A stretch of DNA of 64,000 nucleotides from Eledone cirrhosa (lineage: Eukaryota). The DNA lies in contig OZ024740.1 in the NCBI GenBank assembly GCA_964016885.1, forward strand, positions 398,474,001-398,538,000, in the 5' to 3' direction. Below are positions 60,106 through 64,000 of this stretch, piece after piece (within the stretch, counting starts at the first letter, position 1; each line of letters starts with the position of its first letter). Position numbers and translations under genes: made by a program. The notes under the pieces were generated by a model. It made no database searches and was not told the origin of the DNA. It was given only the letters and a program-made list of their open reading frames with translations.

Positions 60106-60717
60106 TATAAGCGTGTATATATATATATACATATGCAAATCTGGATGTATATATATATATATGCGTATTATATACCAACTCATGATATTATAATAGTGAA
60201 TTGGCAGTATCGGTAGAGGGTTGGACGCCATGCTTTGATGCATAGACTTACGGCCCTTGCCATTCTGAGTTCAAATCCGGCCAAGGTTAACTTTTCCTTT
60301 CATCCTTACGGGGTCGATAAAATAAAGTACCAGTAATGCACTGGGATAATTGCTGGCCTTGTGCCAAAAGTAGGAACAATTATAATATTATAACACTAAA
60401 TCATAAATTTTTTAACACTACAAATGAAGTCATTCTATTCCTTTTTTTCAAATATACTTAACTGTACCAAGGATCTCACACATTTTCCAATTTGTATATA
60501 TATATATATATATAAAGGTTATCATATACGTAAAATTAAAGATATATATATGTTGCAACTGTTCACTTTTAAGCTGAATGAAGAATTAATAAATTAAAAT
60601 CAAAAAATCAAAAATTCAGAGCATTATATCATAAATAAAGTTATGATGATTCTATATATATATATGTATGTATATATATATATATGCGTATATACATATA
60701 TATATATATAATATATG

Positions 60718-60753
<36 letters not shown>

Positions 60754-60953
60754 GTAAATATATATATAATTGTTTCTACGTTAGGCACAAGGCCAGCAAT
60801 TACCCAGTGCATTTCGGGTACTTCATTTTATCGACCCCGTAAGGATGAAGGGCAAAGTCAACCTCGGCGGGATTTGAACTCAGATCGTAAAGGGACGTAA
60901 CTATGCTGGAAAGCAGCGCCCGACCCTCTACAGATACTGCCAATCCACCGCCC

Positions 60954-64000
<3,047 letters not shown>

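Overview
This is AT-rich eukaryotic DNA. The SINEs (CORE-type and Meta-domain-type) resemble those of octopod cephalopods, which is an inference. No host protein-coding gene can be supported: nearly all listed ORFs are (TA)n/(TG)n/(TACA)n microsatellite artefacts. The window is a nest of transposable elements. It holds a near full-length but disrupted Penelope-like element (PLE; RT plus C-terminal GIY-YIG, Hydra-clade-like, 37536-41954), further PLE fragments, CR1-group, RTE and Tx1-like LINE fragments, SINEs, a Helitron and MITEs. The main hidden structure is a community of more than 10 families of short non-coding elements inserted into (TA)n. Read by eye, they carry about 20 type I hammerhead ribozyme (HHR) motifs, several with atypical cores or very long stem II. 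Most share one architecture: an inverted arm, a direct arm, and a 3' tail opening with a covarying RCTC...GAGY hairpin. Many inversion breakpoints fall inside the ribozyme core. One 470-bp unit looks like a complete retrozyme monomer. All folds were paired by eye and none were computed.
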